Positions 49,523 through 60,356 of a DNA stretch of 64,000 bases are shown one piece after another. Every line of letters begins with the position of its first letter. The first letter of the stretch is position 1. A program made the position numbers and the translations under genes. The DNA is from Candidatus Methanomethylicia archaeon (GTDB taxonomy: Archaea; Thermoproteota; Methanomethylicia; Culexarchaeales; Culexarchaeaceae). The stretch is taken from the NCBI GenBank assembly GCA_038727515.1, contig JAVYVS010000001.1, positions 256,001-320,000 of the forward strand, given 5' to 3'. The notes below the pieces were generated by a model. That model did no database searches, was not told the DNA's origin, and saw only the letters and a list, made by a program, of their open reading frames with translations.

Positions 49523-50599
49523 ATGACATTTAATGTGGAAACTATTTTTGCTGGATCAAGGAAAACTTATGGAGTTTGGGAATTGGAATCTAGAGGTAAA
49601 GGTATGGTTATAAGATATTGGGGTTGCAATTTGAAATGCCCTTTATGTTTTGCTCAATCATATGCGTATAGGGGGGAAAGAAAAAGTAGATTTCCACTTA
49701 AAGTTTCTTTAAATGAAGTATTGAGACAAGTAGGTGCAGAAGAAGCTAGAGACATTTTATGGTGTAGAATTGAGGGAGGTGAACCTCTTCAAAGTTTTCA
49801 ACACATGATTATGACAGTTAAACTTGCCATAGGTATTTTAAATTTAATGAAGAAATCTATCAGGGTTATTATTCAAACTAATGGTATATGGTTAGGTAAG
49901 GATGAAAATAATATTATCGAATTTTGTAGATTATTGAAGGAAGAAATTTCTAAAACTAATTTAAGGATTAATGGGAGAATTGCTGTTGAAATATCTTTTA
50001 AGGGACCTAATCTACTTGCAGCCAAAATCTATTCTGGGAAATTTGATGTTGATATTTTAAATCTTCAAATAAAAGCATTTACTAACTTAATTAAAAATGT
50101 AAGGGAAGATTTTTGGAATAAAGAGAATTATATTGTTGCTGTATATCCTGTAGCTGGTTTCGGACCGGACCTCGAAAAATTTACATTCATACCATTAGAC
50201 CCAGAAAATAAAGATTATCCTCTATTTCACCCTAAGACGTGGGATCAAAAGTATAGTGATCACATCATCAATTTCTTTAAAGAGGTGATGAATGAATATT
50301 CAGAGGTTTACTATTTATATAAGTCAAGATATGGAAACAGAATAGCAATGTATGGACTTGAGCCGAGGAATTGGCAAAAGACATGGACAACAAAAATAAA
50401 AGTGGACAACTATCTTAAACAATTTGTTTTAAATTACATTAGGATCAATGCTGGAGAGAAATTGTTTAACATGTTTAGAAAAGATTTTATAGATATACTT
50501 GATGAAATAAACGCTACAGATGAATTAATGGGAAAAGTTTATGAAATATGTAAATTCTATGCATGTCCGGAACCTTTAAAACATTATCCTTATATATGA
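49523..50599 (+). CDS. Radical SAM protein (activating-enzyme/QueE/COG5014-like core with long C-terminal extension)
   Basis: GCNLKCPLCFA, RIEGGEP, IQTNG and ISFKG motifs. Confidence 0.85.
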   Translation: MTFNVETIFAGSRKTYGVWELESRGKGMVIRYWGCNLKCPLCFAQSYAYRGERKSRFPLKVSLNEVLRQVGAEEARDILWCRIEGGEPLQSFQHMIMTVKLAIGILNLMKKSIRVIIQTNGIWLGKDENNIIEFCRLLKEEISKTNLRINGRIAVEISFKGPNLLAAKIYSGKFDVDILNLQIKAFTNLIKNVREDFWNKENYIVAVYPVAGFGPDLEKFTFIPLDPENKDYPLFHPKTWDQKYSDHIINFFKEVMNEYSEVYYLYKSRYGNRIAMYGLEPRNWQKTWTTKIKVDNYLKQFVLNYIRINAGEKLFNMFRKDFIDILDEINATDELMGKVYEICKFYACPEPLKHYPYI

Positions 50600-50722
50600 A
50601 AGAACATTTAGAAGTTAAGTTAAATTTAATAATGAGAAACTTCATGATGAATATTTACATAAATTTGAAGTAATTTACCCAAATTATTCTATTGATGGAA
50701 AAAAGGATATGGATAAGTGGTT

Positions 50723-53299
50723 TTATTGTATTATTGCGTTGAATATTGTTTTGAATGTTCCTAGTGTTTGTCCTCTGAATTGTGGTTTGAAGGCGTATAG
50801 TATTATTCTACCTTTTCCTTGGCGTGCATCTATGAGTGCTGGTTTTCTGCTTAGGTATTTCTCTCCTATTAACCATCCGCTTTGCATTATGTCTGTTTCT
50901 GGGTATGTTATTGGTGTTTGATAATCTTCATTGTTGAATGTGGGAACTAATTCTAGTATCATGCTATTATGATACATTACGTATGCTCTTTTTGGCATTC
51001 CATAACATATTGGGTGTGTATTATCTACATCTACTTTTAGTATTGTTGATGGGCAGAAGAATTCTTTGGGGTCAAGTTTCTTTGAGGGGATGTTTATTGG
51101 TAGTTTGAAGGTTTCTATGGCTAGTTCGCAGCTTGAGTTGAATGTGAGTAATGTTCCACCATTATTTACAAATTCTTTAACTTTATCTAATCCTTCCTTC
51201 TTTATTCCACTCATATATTCTGGTGGTATTGGTGGTAGAACTACTGGTCTTCTATATAATTCGGACAATGCTTTTTCAATAGCTTCTTTACTTTCTCCAA
51301 GAATTAATGCTGGTGGATCATCTGCAAATATTAGTAGATCTATTTCCTCTGGTAATTTACCATTTCTCACATGTTCATCTTTTATTATTTTATATGGGAA
51401 TCCATATTGTTCAAGTATCCATCTAGTCCAACCTTCATCCATACTTCCACCATAATAACGTTGATAAATACCTACACGAAGACGTTTAACTTCACGTAAA
51501 CCAACCTCTAATTTATTCTTTAAAGCTTTTATTGGAACATGATACTTATTGCTTAGGGATTGTAAAAGTTCTCTAACACCATTAGCATTTGGAATATAGA
51601 AGGATCCTATTGGATACGTTTCACCATCAACTTCAACTGATTCATCAATTCTATAAATCGTGAATCCACGATCTAAAAGTCCATTGACTACACCATAAGC
51701 AGGATTATACCTAGCAGACAATAAGTATCCAAATTCAGAGTTATCTACATTATACATTGGATAAATAGAACCTTCTACACGTTTAAATACTCCTTCTGGT
51801 CTAGTATTAATTAAATCTACTTTAACACCTAGAAAATCTGGAACTGTAAATGTTGCTGTATCATATGGCCTAATAGGAGTTCCATCACGTGCACGAGTCC
51901 ACTCATTATCTGGATAAATGGTTTTCTCCAATAAATATTTCAGCATACCTCTATATGGTTGAGCAGAAAATACAAAGTATGTTCCATTTGGATAAATTCT
52001 TCCATCAGCTTTAGCTTCACCTTCACAAACAAAAACTTCAACACCCCACTTCAAAATGAGATCCACAAGTTTTAAAGCAGCACTTGGATCAGCTTGAGAA
52101 TCTATTGGGATAACATAAGCATATGGAGGTTCACTTAAACCCCTTTCAATATTCCTTTTAGCTTTTAGATACATGTTGTAGAGAATTGTATCCTTCATTT
52201 TTGCAGCTAATTCTAAAGCAGCTAAATTTGAAACAAGTATTTGTTTCACAATATCCTTTAGTCTCCACCATCCTCCCGGCCATGGATTTGGAAAGCTATA
52301 TTGCTTTTTATCTCCAACCCTACCCCTATGACCTGTTAATTGATGCTTATGTATGTATATGGGCGTAGCTATCTTAACACTTGCAGATTCTGTAAGCATA
52401 GCACAAACATTCATTAAACCAGCCATATCGAGAAAACCAGCCAACATTTCAGCAGTATACGGTGGACCTCCTTCAACACCTTGAATTCCAGCTTCTTCAA
52501 GTTTTACAGCCATAAAACCTCCAAACCATTGATGCTCACGATAAACCAATGGATCTATCTCAGGACAAATAGGATCATAATATGGAGGAATATAAAATCT
52601 AGCACTATAACTACCCATTTGATGATTATCAATGAAAACTTGAGGCTTCCAATACCTATAAATGACATCTGCAAGAAGATTTGATTCCACCTGTGTAAGC
52701 ATCCAAGCATCCCTATTATTATCATGCCCCACATACTTTTGATAAAGCCATGGAAGAGAAGTCCCCTCATACTCAGTCCCCAAATACTTATAATACCAAT
52801 CAACAACCATTATCTGACCATCAGGATTAATGGAGGGAAAGAGTAGTAAAATAACATTGTCCAAGATTGTTTTAATAGTTTCATCATCACCAGTAACAAG
52901 TTTATACGCTAATTCAATGGACATTTGAGTTCCACCAACTTCAGTAGCATGCAAACTATTAGTTATAACAAAAACAACTTTACCCTCCTTAACCAACCTT
53001 TTAACCTCAATTTCACTTAAACCTCTAGGATCAGCAAGCCTATGTGAAATCCACCTATACTTCTCCAAATCCCTCAAATTCTCAGGGGAACTTATATATG
53101 CAAGTATAAATGGATTACCCTCAGTACTTTTACCAAGCTCCACAACCTTAATCCTATCAGAATTCTCAGCCAAATGGTAAAAGTATTCAACAATCTTATC
53201 CCAACGCGCAAGCTTCCTATCTTCACCAATCTCAAAACCAAAAAACTCCCTTGGACTTAAAACACCCATAAATACACCTAAAAAAGTAGATGAAAACAA
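50723..53299 (-). CDS. M14 family zinc carboxypeptidase-like protein (probable start 53269)
   Basis: HATE, NPDG, DNNRD and DNHQM Zn motifs; C-terminal GATase-like domain. Confidence 0.9.
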   Translation of the reverse strand: MFSSTFLGVFMGVLSPREFFGFEIGEDRKLARWDKIVEYFYHLAENSDRIKVVELGKSTEGNPFILAYISSPENLRDLEKYRWISHRLADPRGLSEIEVKRLVKEGKVVFVITNSLHATEVGGTQMSIELAYKLVTGDDETIKTILDNVILLLFPSINPDGQIMVVDWYYKYLGTEYEGTSLPWLYQKYVGHDNNRDAWMLTQVESNLLADVIYRYWKPQVFIDNHQMGSYSARFYIPPYYDPICPEIDPLVYREHQWFGGFMAVKLEEAGIQGVEGGPPYTAEMLAGFLDMAGLMNVCAMLTESASVKIATPIYIHKHQLTGHRGRVGDKKQYSFPNPWPGGWWRLKDIVKQILVSNLAALELAAKMKDTILYNMYLKAKRNIERGLSEPPYAYVIPIDSQADPSAALKLVDLILKWGVEVFVCEGEAKADGRIYPNGTYFVFSAQPYRGMLKYLLEKTIYPDNEWTRARDGTPIRPYDTATFTVPDFLGVKVDLINTRPEGVFKRVEGSIYPMYNVDNSEFGYLLSARYNPAYGVVNGLLDRGFTIYRIDESVEVDGETYPIGSFYIPNANGVRELLQSLSNKYHVPIKALKNKLEVGLREVKRLRVGIYQRYYGGSMDEGWTRWILEQYGFPYKIIKDEHVRNGKLPEEIDLLIFADDPPALILGESKEAIEKALSELYRRPVVLPPIPPEYMSGIKKEGLDKVKEFVNNGGTLLTFNSSCELAIETFKLPINIPSKKLDPKEFFCPSTILKVDVDNTHPICYGMPKRAYVMYHNSMILELVPTFNNEDYQTPITYPETDIMQSGWLIGEKYLSRKPALIDARQGKGRIILYAFKPQFRGQTLGTFKTIFNAIIQ

Positions 53300-53488
53300 T
53301 TTTTAATGCTTTCTATAACAATAGAAAGGACATTACAACTATAGTTAAAAACTGCCATTATAACTTGATAATTTACTAGAACATCATTTAACTCCATAAA
53401 AATTTAGTTAAGTTATTTACCTACATCAAATTCTTATACTACAACCATCATAGTTAAAGTTATTTATTGGTTTTACCAATGCTACCTG

Positions 53489-54388
53489 GTGTACAAATTG
53501 AAGAAGCTATGGATAATCCTCATAGCATCATTAATAATCTTCTTACTATGGATTCCAACAATACCTGGAATAATATCTGAAGAAATACGACAAATATACT
53601 TAACCTATTCAAATATCATTAGAGCTTTAACAATAATAATGATTGGCATGATCATAATAGAGACAATAGCATCAGCAATAATGATGAAATTAAGTTATTT
53701 AGGTAGAGAAGCATATATTGTTAGGAATATTATAATTGTAGGTGGATACATAATTATTGGATTCATATTGTTAACTATATTTGAAACTACTGGTACAGGT
53801 ACGATGGCAGGAGCAACAGTTACAGGGCTTGTAGTTGGTTTAGGTCTTCAACCAATAATAGCAAATCTCTTTGCAGGATTAATAATTTTAGGAACAGGAT
53901 TCATGAAGCCTGGAACAAGAATAAAAATAGCTGGAGGAATACCACTTTCACCAGTAGTCTTCCCAGCATATAAAGTGTTTAGTAAAGATGAACATATACC
54001 TACATTAAGAGGAACCATAATTGAAGTAGGATTAATGCATACAAAAATATTATCGGATGATGGAGAACTAGTAAAAATATCAAATAACATGGCATTAAAT
54101 AGCAGTATAGTTTTTGAAGAGAAAAGTGAACCAAAAACCGTAAGGGTTAGATATGAATTCCCAATAAAATACGATCCAGAAATAGTATTATCAATGCTTA
54201 AAGAAGAACTCAACAAAAACTTTAGTGACTGCAAGATATATCTTGAAGAACAAAGCGATAAAACATATTACATTGTTATTGTTATAGCAGAAGCACCACC
54301 ACACATAAAAGTCAGAGAATTTAGATCAGAAATACTAAAACAAATAATCAAAGTCCATAGAAACCTAGAACAAAGAATAAAGGAATGA
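53489..54388 (+). CDS. mscS: Small-conductance mechanosensitive channel family protein
   Basis: GLVVGLGLQ..IANLFAGL and G.IIEVGL.HT.I...DG..V.I.N motifs. Confidence 0.9.
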   Translation: MYKLKKLWIILIASLIIFLLWIPTIPGIISEEIRQIYLTYSNIIRALTIIMIGMIIIETIASAIMMKLSYLGREAYIVRNIIIVGGYIIIGFILLTIFETTGTGTMAGATVTGLVVGLGLQPIIANLFAGLIILGTGFMKPGTRIKIAGGIPLSPVVFPAYKVFSKDEHIPTLRGTIIEVGLMHTKILSDDGELVKISNNMALNSSIVFEEKSEPKTVRVRYEFPIKYDPEIVLSMLKEELNKNFSDCKIYLEEQSDKTYYIVIVIAEAPPHIKVREFRSEILKQIIKVHRNLEQRIKE

Positions 54389-54390
54389 TA

Positions 54391-55263
54391 CTATTTTGGT
54401 ATTAGATGTGTTCCATCACAAGTTTCAGAAGTTTGAAGATTTCTAAATCCTTCACGACAAGTTGAAAATGTTAAACCATACTCATCAACAACACCCTTAA
54501 CCATCCTCATAATTTCAAATCTAAATTTCTCAGGCATATACCTCACACCACCAATTTTAGATCCAGACTTCAAATAAAGATCCTTTAAAAGATCAGCTTT
54601 CTCTGGAAAAGATTCTAAAACTCTATTGAAATTATCTGGTTTAGCTTTATAAGTAGATGAAACCACATGTTTAACGCCAATTTCAGCAACCCTAGAAACT
54701 ATTTCAATAATACCATTAAAATCATCATTAACGCCTGGGATTATCGGGTCAATCCTCACTGAACATGGAATACCAGCTTTACATAAAACCTTTAAAGCAT
54801 CAATTCTATCAGTTGGTGAAGGAGCATAGGGTTCCAATTTACGGGCTAGAGAATCATTTAAAGTTGTTATTGTAATACTAACAGTAAATTTACCTTTACA
54901 AAGAATATCTAAATCCCTAACAACAAGATTAGACTTAGTGATAAGTATAACTTTAGCATTAAAAGACTTTAGAAATTTTAAAGTTTCACGAGTTAAACAA
55001 AGTTTACCTTCAGGTGGAGTGTAAGGATCAGAACTATTGGCAATAGATATTGGAATAGAGAGATCAGCTTTAACGAGATCACGCCTAAGGAAAAGGAGAA
55101 ACTTATCCTTAACCCTAGGTTTAAAACCATCATGAACATAAGAAGTTATATAGCAATAACGACAACCATGACCACAACCAGTATAAGGAGATAAACTATA
55201 TTTTCCAGGGCAGGTACACAAAGGAAAATTCCAAGGATCAAATCTACTTAAAACATAAGGCAT
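54391..55263 (-). CDS. SPL-like (COG1533) radical SAM protein
   Basis: PYTGCGHGCRYCY, NSSDPY, TKS.LV.RD.D, LEP.APSP..R, RIDPIIP and TCDG motifs. Confidence 0.9.
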   Translation of the reverse strand: MPYVLSRFDPWNFPLCTCPGKYSLSPYTGCGHGCRYCYITSYVHDGFKPRVKDKFLLFLRRDLVKADLSIPISIANSSDPYTPPEGKLCLTRETLKFLKSFNAKVILITKSNLVVRDLDILCKGKFTVSITITTLNDSLARKLEPYAPSPTDRIDALKVLCKAGIPCSVRIDPIIPGVNDDFNGIIEIVSRVAEIGVKHVVSSTYKAKPDNFNRVLESFPEKADLLKDLYLKSGSKIGGVRYMPEKFRFEIMRMVKGVVDEYGLTFSTCREGFRNLQTSETCDGTHLIPK

Positions 55264-55330
55264 AACAAGAAAATATTAAAGAAAATTAGAAATATAAATT
55301 ACGCTCAATTACTGCTTAATCTAATTAAAT

Positions 55331-55837
55331 TTAATGCAAATCGCTAAAATGCATTTTCCTAGCCTTCTTATCACACCAAATCACAAGTTTCATCTTTTCA
55401 TCGATATCCTTAGATTTAAGTTTATGCTCTTCAATTTTATCTACATCATATATATGAATAACTTCATATCCAAGTTCAGCTAGATAATTTGCAATATACC
55501 TCCTATGACATCTAAACCATAACCTCTCAGAACAAAGAATAATTGAACATTTATCATCAATAATCTTCAACATATTGTATATGAAAGATTTAAATTCATC
55601 AGTTTTAGCAAATTCACCATAACCCTCACGTCTATAACCACCAAGTTCAGGAAAGTGAACATATGAAATTCCAAGTTCTTTTAATTTCAATTCTAAATTC
55701 TCCTTATTAAACCAAGGAAATTTACTACTTATTGGAAAACGTCTAACATCTATAACAACCTCAACACCAAACTTAAAAAGAATATCTAAAAATTCATTAA
55801 AACTCCTAGTGGAATGTCCAAGAGTATAAATTTTCAC
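55331..55837 (-). CDS. DUF488 family protein (GTG start 55837; upstream extension in the ORF track is spurious)
   Basis: IYTLGHS, IDVRRFP.S, ELGG.R and LCSE..WFRCHR motifs. Confidence 0.92.
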   Translation of the reverse strand: MKIYTLGHSTRSFNEFLDILFKFGVEVVIDVRRFPISSKFPWFNKENLELKLKELGISYVHFPELGGYRREGYGEFAKTDEFKSFIYNMLKIIDDKCSIILCSERLWFRCHRRYIANYLAELGYEVIHIYDVDKIEEHKLKSKDIDEKMKLVIWCDKKARKMHFSDLH

Positions 55838-55910
55838 AAGTAAAAGTATTAAAATGTTGAATATATAAAAATTTATGAATAAGTAAACAAATAATAAATG
55901 AGCAGCCAAG

Positions 55911-56657
55911 GTGGTGAAAATGGTTGAAAGAGTTAAAACCGGTATACCAGGATTAGATGAAATACTTAAGGGAGGAATCCCCCGTAGAAACGTAGTTTTA
56001 CTTGCAGGAGGACCTGGAACTGGAAAAACCATAATGGGACAGCAATTTCTATACTATGGATTAAAAACTGGCGAACCGGGAATTTATGTAGCATTAGAAG
56101 AACATCCAGTACAAGTGAGGATAAACATGCAGCAATTTGATTGGGATATAAAGGAATATGAAGAACAAGGTAAATTTGCAATTGTAGATGCATTTACAGC
56201 AGGTATAGGTGAAGCAGCTAAAAGAGAGAAATATGTAGTTCCAAGCCCAGACGATTTTCCAACATTAACAGACTTAATTAGACAAGCAATAAGGGATATA
56301 AATGCTAAAAGGGTTGTGGTGGATAGTGTAACAACACTCTATATAACAAAGCCAGCAGTTGCAAGAAATATTGTACTCCAATTGAAAAAGATACTTTCAG
56401 GGCTTGGAACAACATCAATACTAATATCACAGGTAAGTGTAACTGAAAGAGGCTTTGGAGGACCTGGAGTAGAACATGCAGCTGATGGCATCATAAGATT
56501 AGATTTAGATGAAGTTCGTGGAAAACTATATAGGAGTATAATAGTTTGGAAAATGCGTGGAACAGCTCATTCAATGCAGAGACACCCCTTCGAAATAACA
56601 GATAAAGGAATAACTATATATCCAGATAAAACATTAAGTGTAGAGAGAGGTGAATAA
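55911..56657 (+). CDS. Single-domain KaiC/RecA-superfamily ATPase (archaeal PH0284-like)
   Basis: [34 protein letters not shown] and KMRGT.H motifs. Confidence 0.93.
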   Translation: MVKMVERVKTGIPGLDEILKGGIPRRNVVLLAGGPGTGKTIMGQQFLYYGLKTGEPGIYVALEEHPVQVRINMQQFDWDIKEYEEQGKFAIVDAFTAGIGEAAKREKYVVPSPDDFPTLTDLIRQAIRDINAKRVVVDSVTTLYITKPAVARNIVLQLKKILSGLGTTSILISQVSVTERGFGGPGVEHAADGIIRLDLDEVRGKLYRSIIVWKMRGTAHSMQRHPFEITDKGITIYPDKTLSVERGE

Positions 56658-57090
56658 AATGAGTATAACACTCTCACCCATAGGTAGAGAAGACATAAAG
56701 AACCTTGAAACAGCACTATTAATAGAAACACTATTTAGAAGAGATGTACTAGAATTACTGAAAGATTCATCACAAAGAGTAACATGGCTAACATCACTTG
56801 GAATAGCTGCTGGAGCATTAGCAAGAGAAAAAGCAAAAATGACAGTAAAACAAATAGCAGATGAATTAGGAGTTTCAGAAGCAACCATAAGAAATCATTT
56901 AACTGGGAAGACAAAAGCAGGACAATTAATTAGAGAAACATATGAGAAATTCCTAAAGGAAGGCGTTCAATTCAAAGCAATGGAAATACTCCTACAAGAA
57001 GGAAAAATAAAGGAGAAAATAGAAGAAATCTCAAAAACAATAGAAGAATTAAACAAAAAATTCGAAGAACTAAAGAAAGTTCTACAATAA
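56650..57090 (+). CDS. KaiC-associated HTH regulator (COG1318-like)
   Basis: [15 protein letters not shown]...[21 protein letters not shown]; overlaps the kaiC-like gene. Confidence 0.85.
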   Translation: MNKMSITLSPIGREDIKNLETALLIETLFRRDVLELLKDSSQRVTWLTSLGIAAGALAREKAKMTVKQIADELGVSEATIRNHLTGKTKAGQLIRETYEKFLKEGVQFKAMEILLQEGKIKEKIEEISKTIEELNKKFEELKKVLQ

Positions 57091-57127
57091 ACCTAGTTTT
57101 TAGGTATTTAAAATCAGAAATAAACGT

Positions 57128-58264
57128 TTATATATCTTCCCCAATAAGACTTCCAATGTTTGAGATTTCACAGACTACTTCATTGTGAATATCGTTGATA
57201 TTTGGAATTTTTATTGATGTGTTTAGTATTTGTGTTGAGAGTCTTTTTAGAGTTGATAATGTGAATTTTTGCGATATATCTATATAGAAGTATCTTAATC
57301 CATTTTCTTCCATGAAGGTTTTGATTTTATTGCTATATGCTAAGCCTATTACTGGTTTCTCCATCATGAAGGCTATTATGGATGGATGTAAACGCATGCT
57401 TACAACGTATAGTGAGTTTTTAATTAGTTTTAGTATATTTTCAAGTGGTGTAGAGCCGTATACAATTATTTTTGTCATATCTTTTTTATGGATGTTATGC
57501 ATGATTTTTCGGGTTATGTTTATGTCGGATTTAAATCCATGTTGTGCTACTAGGAAGTATATGTGTAAACCTTCGGAGTTAATTAGGTAGTTGCAGAATT
57601 CAGATATTGTATTTATAAAGTGGTTTAAATCCATGTTGGTTAGTTTGTTGTGTATGAGGAAATCCTTTAAGACGAATATTACGTATGGATCTCTTTCTAA
57701 AGTATCCTCAAATTTTAAGGAGAGTTTGTTTAGATCATTATATAATAGGAATGATAGATCTCTTACTATAAAAATATGTTTTAAGGCGCCTATGGTTTTG
57801 AAGAAAGCTTTAGAAATTATATCTCTAACACTAATTACATCGGAAATAGCAGTGAGCAATTTAGTAAGGAATTTATCGAATTTCGAAAAATTGTGTGGAA
57901 ATTCTACACCTACAGAGAGTAAAGCAATTTTGCATCTAAACAATTTAAATAAGAGTGTATATAGGAAGATGGAGAATATAGTTGCACCAGGTTGAATGAT
58001 TCCTCCACCACCCATCAACAAAACTTTACCACTAATTAAAGTTTTGAGGAATTTTATGGGATTCCTTAAAGTAATAGCTTCCACACCATAACGTGAACTA
58101 ATAAAGGATGTATCAGCTTTCAATTGGCTAGAAACAACAACGATCCTAGATTTATCAGTAAACTTACTTAAACGTTTTATAATTGCATACAGTATTATGT
58201 CATCACCAAGATTACCAGCTCCATAATACCCAAAAATAACTATTTTCCGCTTAAAAACAGCCAT
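57128..58264 (-). CDS. Polysaccharide pyruvyl transferase family protein (CsaB-like)
   Basis: GYYGAGNLGD, GGGG, SVRD..S and SMRLH motifs. Confidence 0.9.
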   Translation of the reverse strand: MAVFKRKIVIFGYYGAGNLGDDIILYAIIKRLSKFTDKSRIVVVSSQLKADTSFISSRYGVEAITLRNPIKFLKTLISGKVLLMGGGGIIQPGATIFSIFLYTLLFKLFRCKIALLSVGVEFPHNFSKFDKFLTKLLTAISDVISVRDIISKAFFKTIGALKHIFIVRDLSFLLYNDLNKLSLKFEDTLERDPYVIFVLKDFLIHNKLTNMDLNHFINTISEFCNYLINSEGLHIYFLVAQHGFKSDINITRKIMHNIHKKDMTKIIVYGSTPLENILKLIKNSLYVVSMRLHPSIIAFMMEKPVIGLAYSNKIKTFMEENGLRYFYIDISQKFTLSTLKRLSTQILNTSIKIPNINDIHNEVVCEISNIGSLIGEDI

Positions 58265-58440
58265 CTACATTCAAATACTATTTATTAGAAGAAGATAAAA
58301 GGGAAATTATGAAAAGAAAGTTTCAATAAAAATGAGAAAAGTGGAAAGGGAGTTTCATTAAAGAAAATGAATGTAAATTTAATTTTAAATTAAATTTTAC
58401 AACAAAGAATTTAATTTCTGAAGTATATCATATAGTACTG

Positions 58441-59433
58441 TTGAATGTTATGTATACTACGCATGTTGGAAGCTTCCCTCTCGAATATTGTATAGAGAAT
58501 GTTATTAAAGTGTTTCATGATATGATTGAAATAGGAATTGATTATCCACCATATCCACAATTACGAAATTTCATAGGAATATTCTTAAAACCGTTGATAG
58601 AATTAAATATTATAGTAGAGGAGAGAAATAAGTATATATTAAATGCACCAATACGAGAAAGCTTCCCATTGAAGATAAATATAAGAATTGATGAAGCTGA
58701 AATAATAGCTGAAGAAGCTGAAAAGGGAAAATCGAAATTTAAGGATGTTAGAGGATGTGTAACAGGTCCATTTACATTATCATCACAAATACAATTAACT
58801 CAGAGGGGAACTGGATTATCTTCAACTCTATTAAGTAATAAAGATCTAGTGTTAAAGTACATGGTTAAATTTGTAAGAAGTTATGTTGAATATTTCTATG
58901 ATAAATTAAAGTTTAAATTTATAGTTGTAGATGAACCAATACTATCATTAATGGTGGGAGCTAGGAAAATACTATTTGAATATAGTATTGAAGAATTAAT
59001 AGAAGCTTTAAACACGATTCTATATGGAATAGACTTTGCTGGTATACACGTATGTGGGATGATTCCTCCACTACTAAAAGAAGTACTTCTAAATACCAAG
59101 ACAATAAAGGTTTTAGATCATGAATTCAAAGATACACCAAGAAATATCAATGTATATATAAAAGAAGATTTAGAGAAGTATGATAAGTTCATCTCTTTTG
59201 GATGTATTTCATCTAAAAATCCAATTATTGAAAGTGAAGAAGAAATAATGCATCTAGTCAATGAAGGATTAAATAGATTTGGAAGTAGACTATTAATGAT
59301 AAAACCAGATTGTGGTTTCAGAAGTCTATTAGACATATCAAGAGACCCAAACAAAGCATATGAAATAGCCATAGAAAAACTAAGAAGGATAGTAAATGTC
59401 TCAAATATGCTAAAGAGAAAATTATTTGAATAA
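58441..59433 (+). CDS. Single-barrel (core) methionine synthase, MetE catalytic-domain-like
   Basis: THVGSFP, TGPFTL, VDEP, Zn ligands GIHVCG and KPDCGF, EKL; about 330 aa with no N-terminal barrel. Confidence 0.8.
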   Translation: MNVMYTTHVGSFPLEYCIENVIKVFHDMIEIGIDYPPYPQLRNFIGIFLKPLIELNIIVEERNKYILNAPIRESFPLKINIRIDEAEIIAEEAEKGKSKFKDVRGCVTGPFTLSSQIQLTQRGTGLSSTLLSNKDLVLKYMVKFVRSYVEYFYDKLKFKFIVVDEPILSLMVGARKILFEYSIEELIEALNTILYGIDFAGIHVCGMIPPLLKEVLLNTKTIKVLDHEFKDTPRNINVYIKEDLEKYDKFISFGCISSKNPIIESEEEIMHLVNEGLNRFGSRLLMIKPDCGFRSLLDISRDPNKAYEIAIEKLRRIVNVSNMLKRKLFE

Positions 59434-59579
59434 CTTACTTTAATCCTTCAGCAATTACCCAGTCTAGGGTAATTGATATTTGATAAAAATAGTTTACGTA
59501 GAGTTTATTGGTATAAGTCAATTGTTGTTTATGAAAATGCTTATATATTTGTAAACAAATCTGTTTACTTAGATTATAC

Positions 59580-59804
59580 ATGTCTAGTGTTGTTAGTGTT
59601 CGTGTAAAAGAAGAGGTTAAAAGGATTTTAGAAGAGGAGGGTATTGACATAAGTGAAGAAGTTAGGAAGTTTTTAGAGGAGCTTGCAACTAAGGTAAAGC
59701 TTAAGAAGTATATTGAAAAATGGTGTAAGCTCTTAGAGGAAGTTATTCCCAGCGAAAAAGGGTTTGCAGCAAGATCCGTGAGGGAAGATCGTGAGAGTCA
59801 TTGA
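59580..59804 (+). CDS. vapB: RHH-type antitoxin
   Basis: SSVVSVRV..EVK..LEEEGIDISEEVR...VREDRESH. Confidence 0.88.
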   Translation: MSSVVSVRVKEEVKRILEEEGIDISEEVRKFLEELATKVKLKKYIEKWCKLLEEVIPSEKGFAARSVREDRESH

Positions 59805-60189
59805 TTCATCATCACTAGTGAAGTTCTTTTCTCGTGAGGAAGGATGGAATAAAGTTAGAGAAGTATTATTAGAAGGTGTTGTAACACTTGATCTAGGTAT
59901 TAAAGAAGTAGCTAATGCCTTAGGGAAGAAAGTTTTGAAAGATGAAATCAATTACGATGTTGCGCAAACAATTCTTAAAGACCTCGTTGAAGAAAGAGCT
60001 ATACCCACCATAGATCAGGAGAGATTCCTTACTCAAGCCTTCACTTTAGCAGTTAATGATAATATAACAATATATGATGCTATATTCATTGTAGTAGCAA
60101 AAGAACTTAAAACAGAGCTCGTAACAAGTGATAAAAGACAGATGGATATAGCTGTGAAAAATGGTGTTAAAGTTGTATTCATAGATTAG
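59791..60189 (+). CDS. vapC: PIN domain toxin
   Basis: VIDSS, KEVANAL, TIYDA and LVTSD motifs. Confidence 0.92.
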   Translation: MRVIDSSSLVKFFSREEGWNKVREVLLEGVVTLDLGIKEVANALGKKVLKDEINYDVAQTILKDLVEERAIPTIDQERFLTQAFTLAVNDNITIYDAIFIVVAKELKTELVTSDKRQMDIAVKNGVKVVFID

Positions 60190-60356
60190 TGCAGAATAAG
60201 ATATTGTAAAATCTATGAGTGTTAGAATGTTTTAGAAAATCCAGTTTTAAAGATAAATCATTAACTATATAGATTAGACAAGAGAAAAACACTGACTTAT
60301 TAAAATTGATTTATTGAAATTAAAAAGAGGGAGGATTATAGTTGAAGGGATAAAGT

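Noticed and set aside
55838-56032. N-terminal extension of the DUF488 ORF
   Set aside because: It is antisense to the KaiC-like gene and its promoter; family similarity starts at GTG 55837
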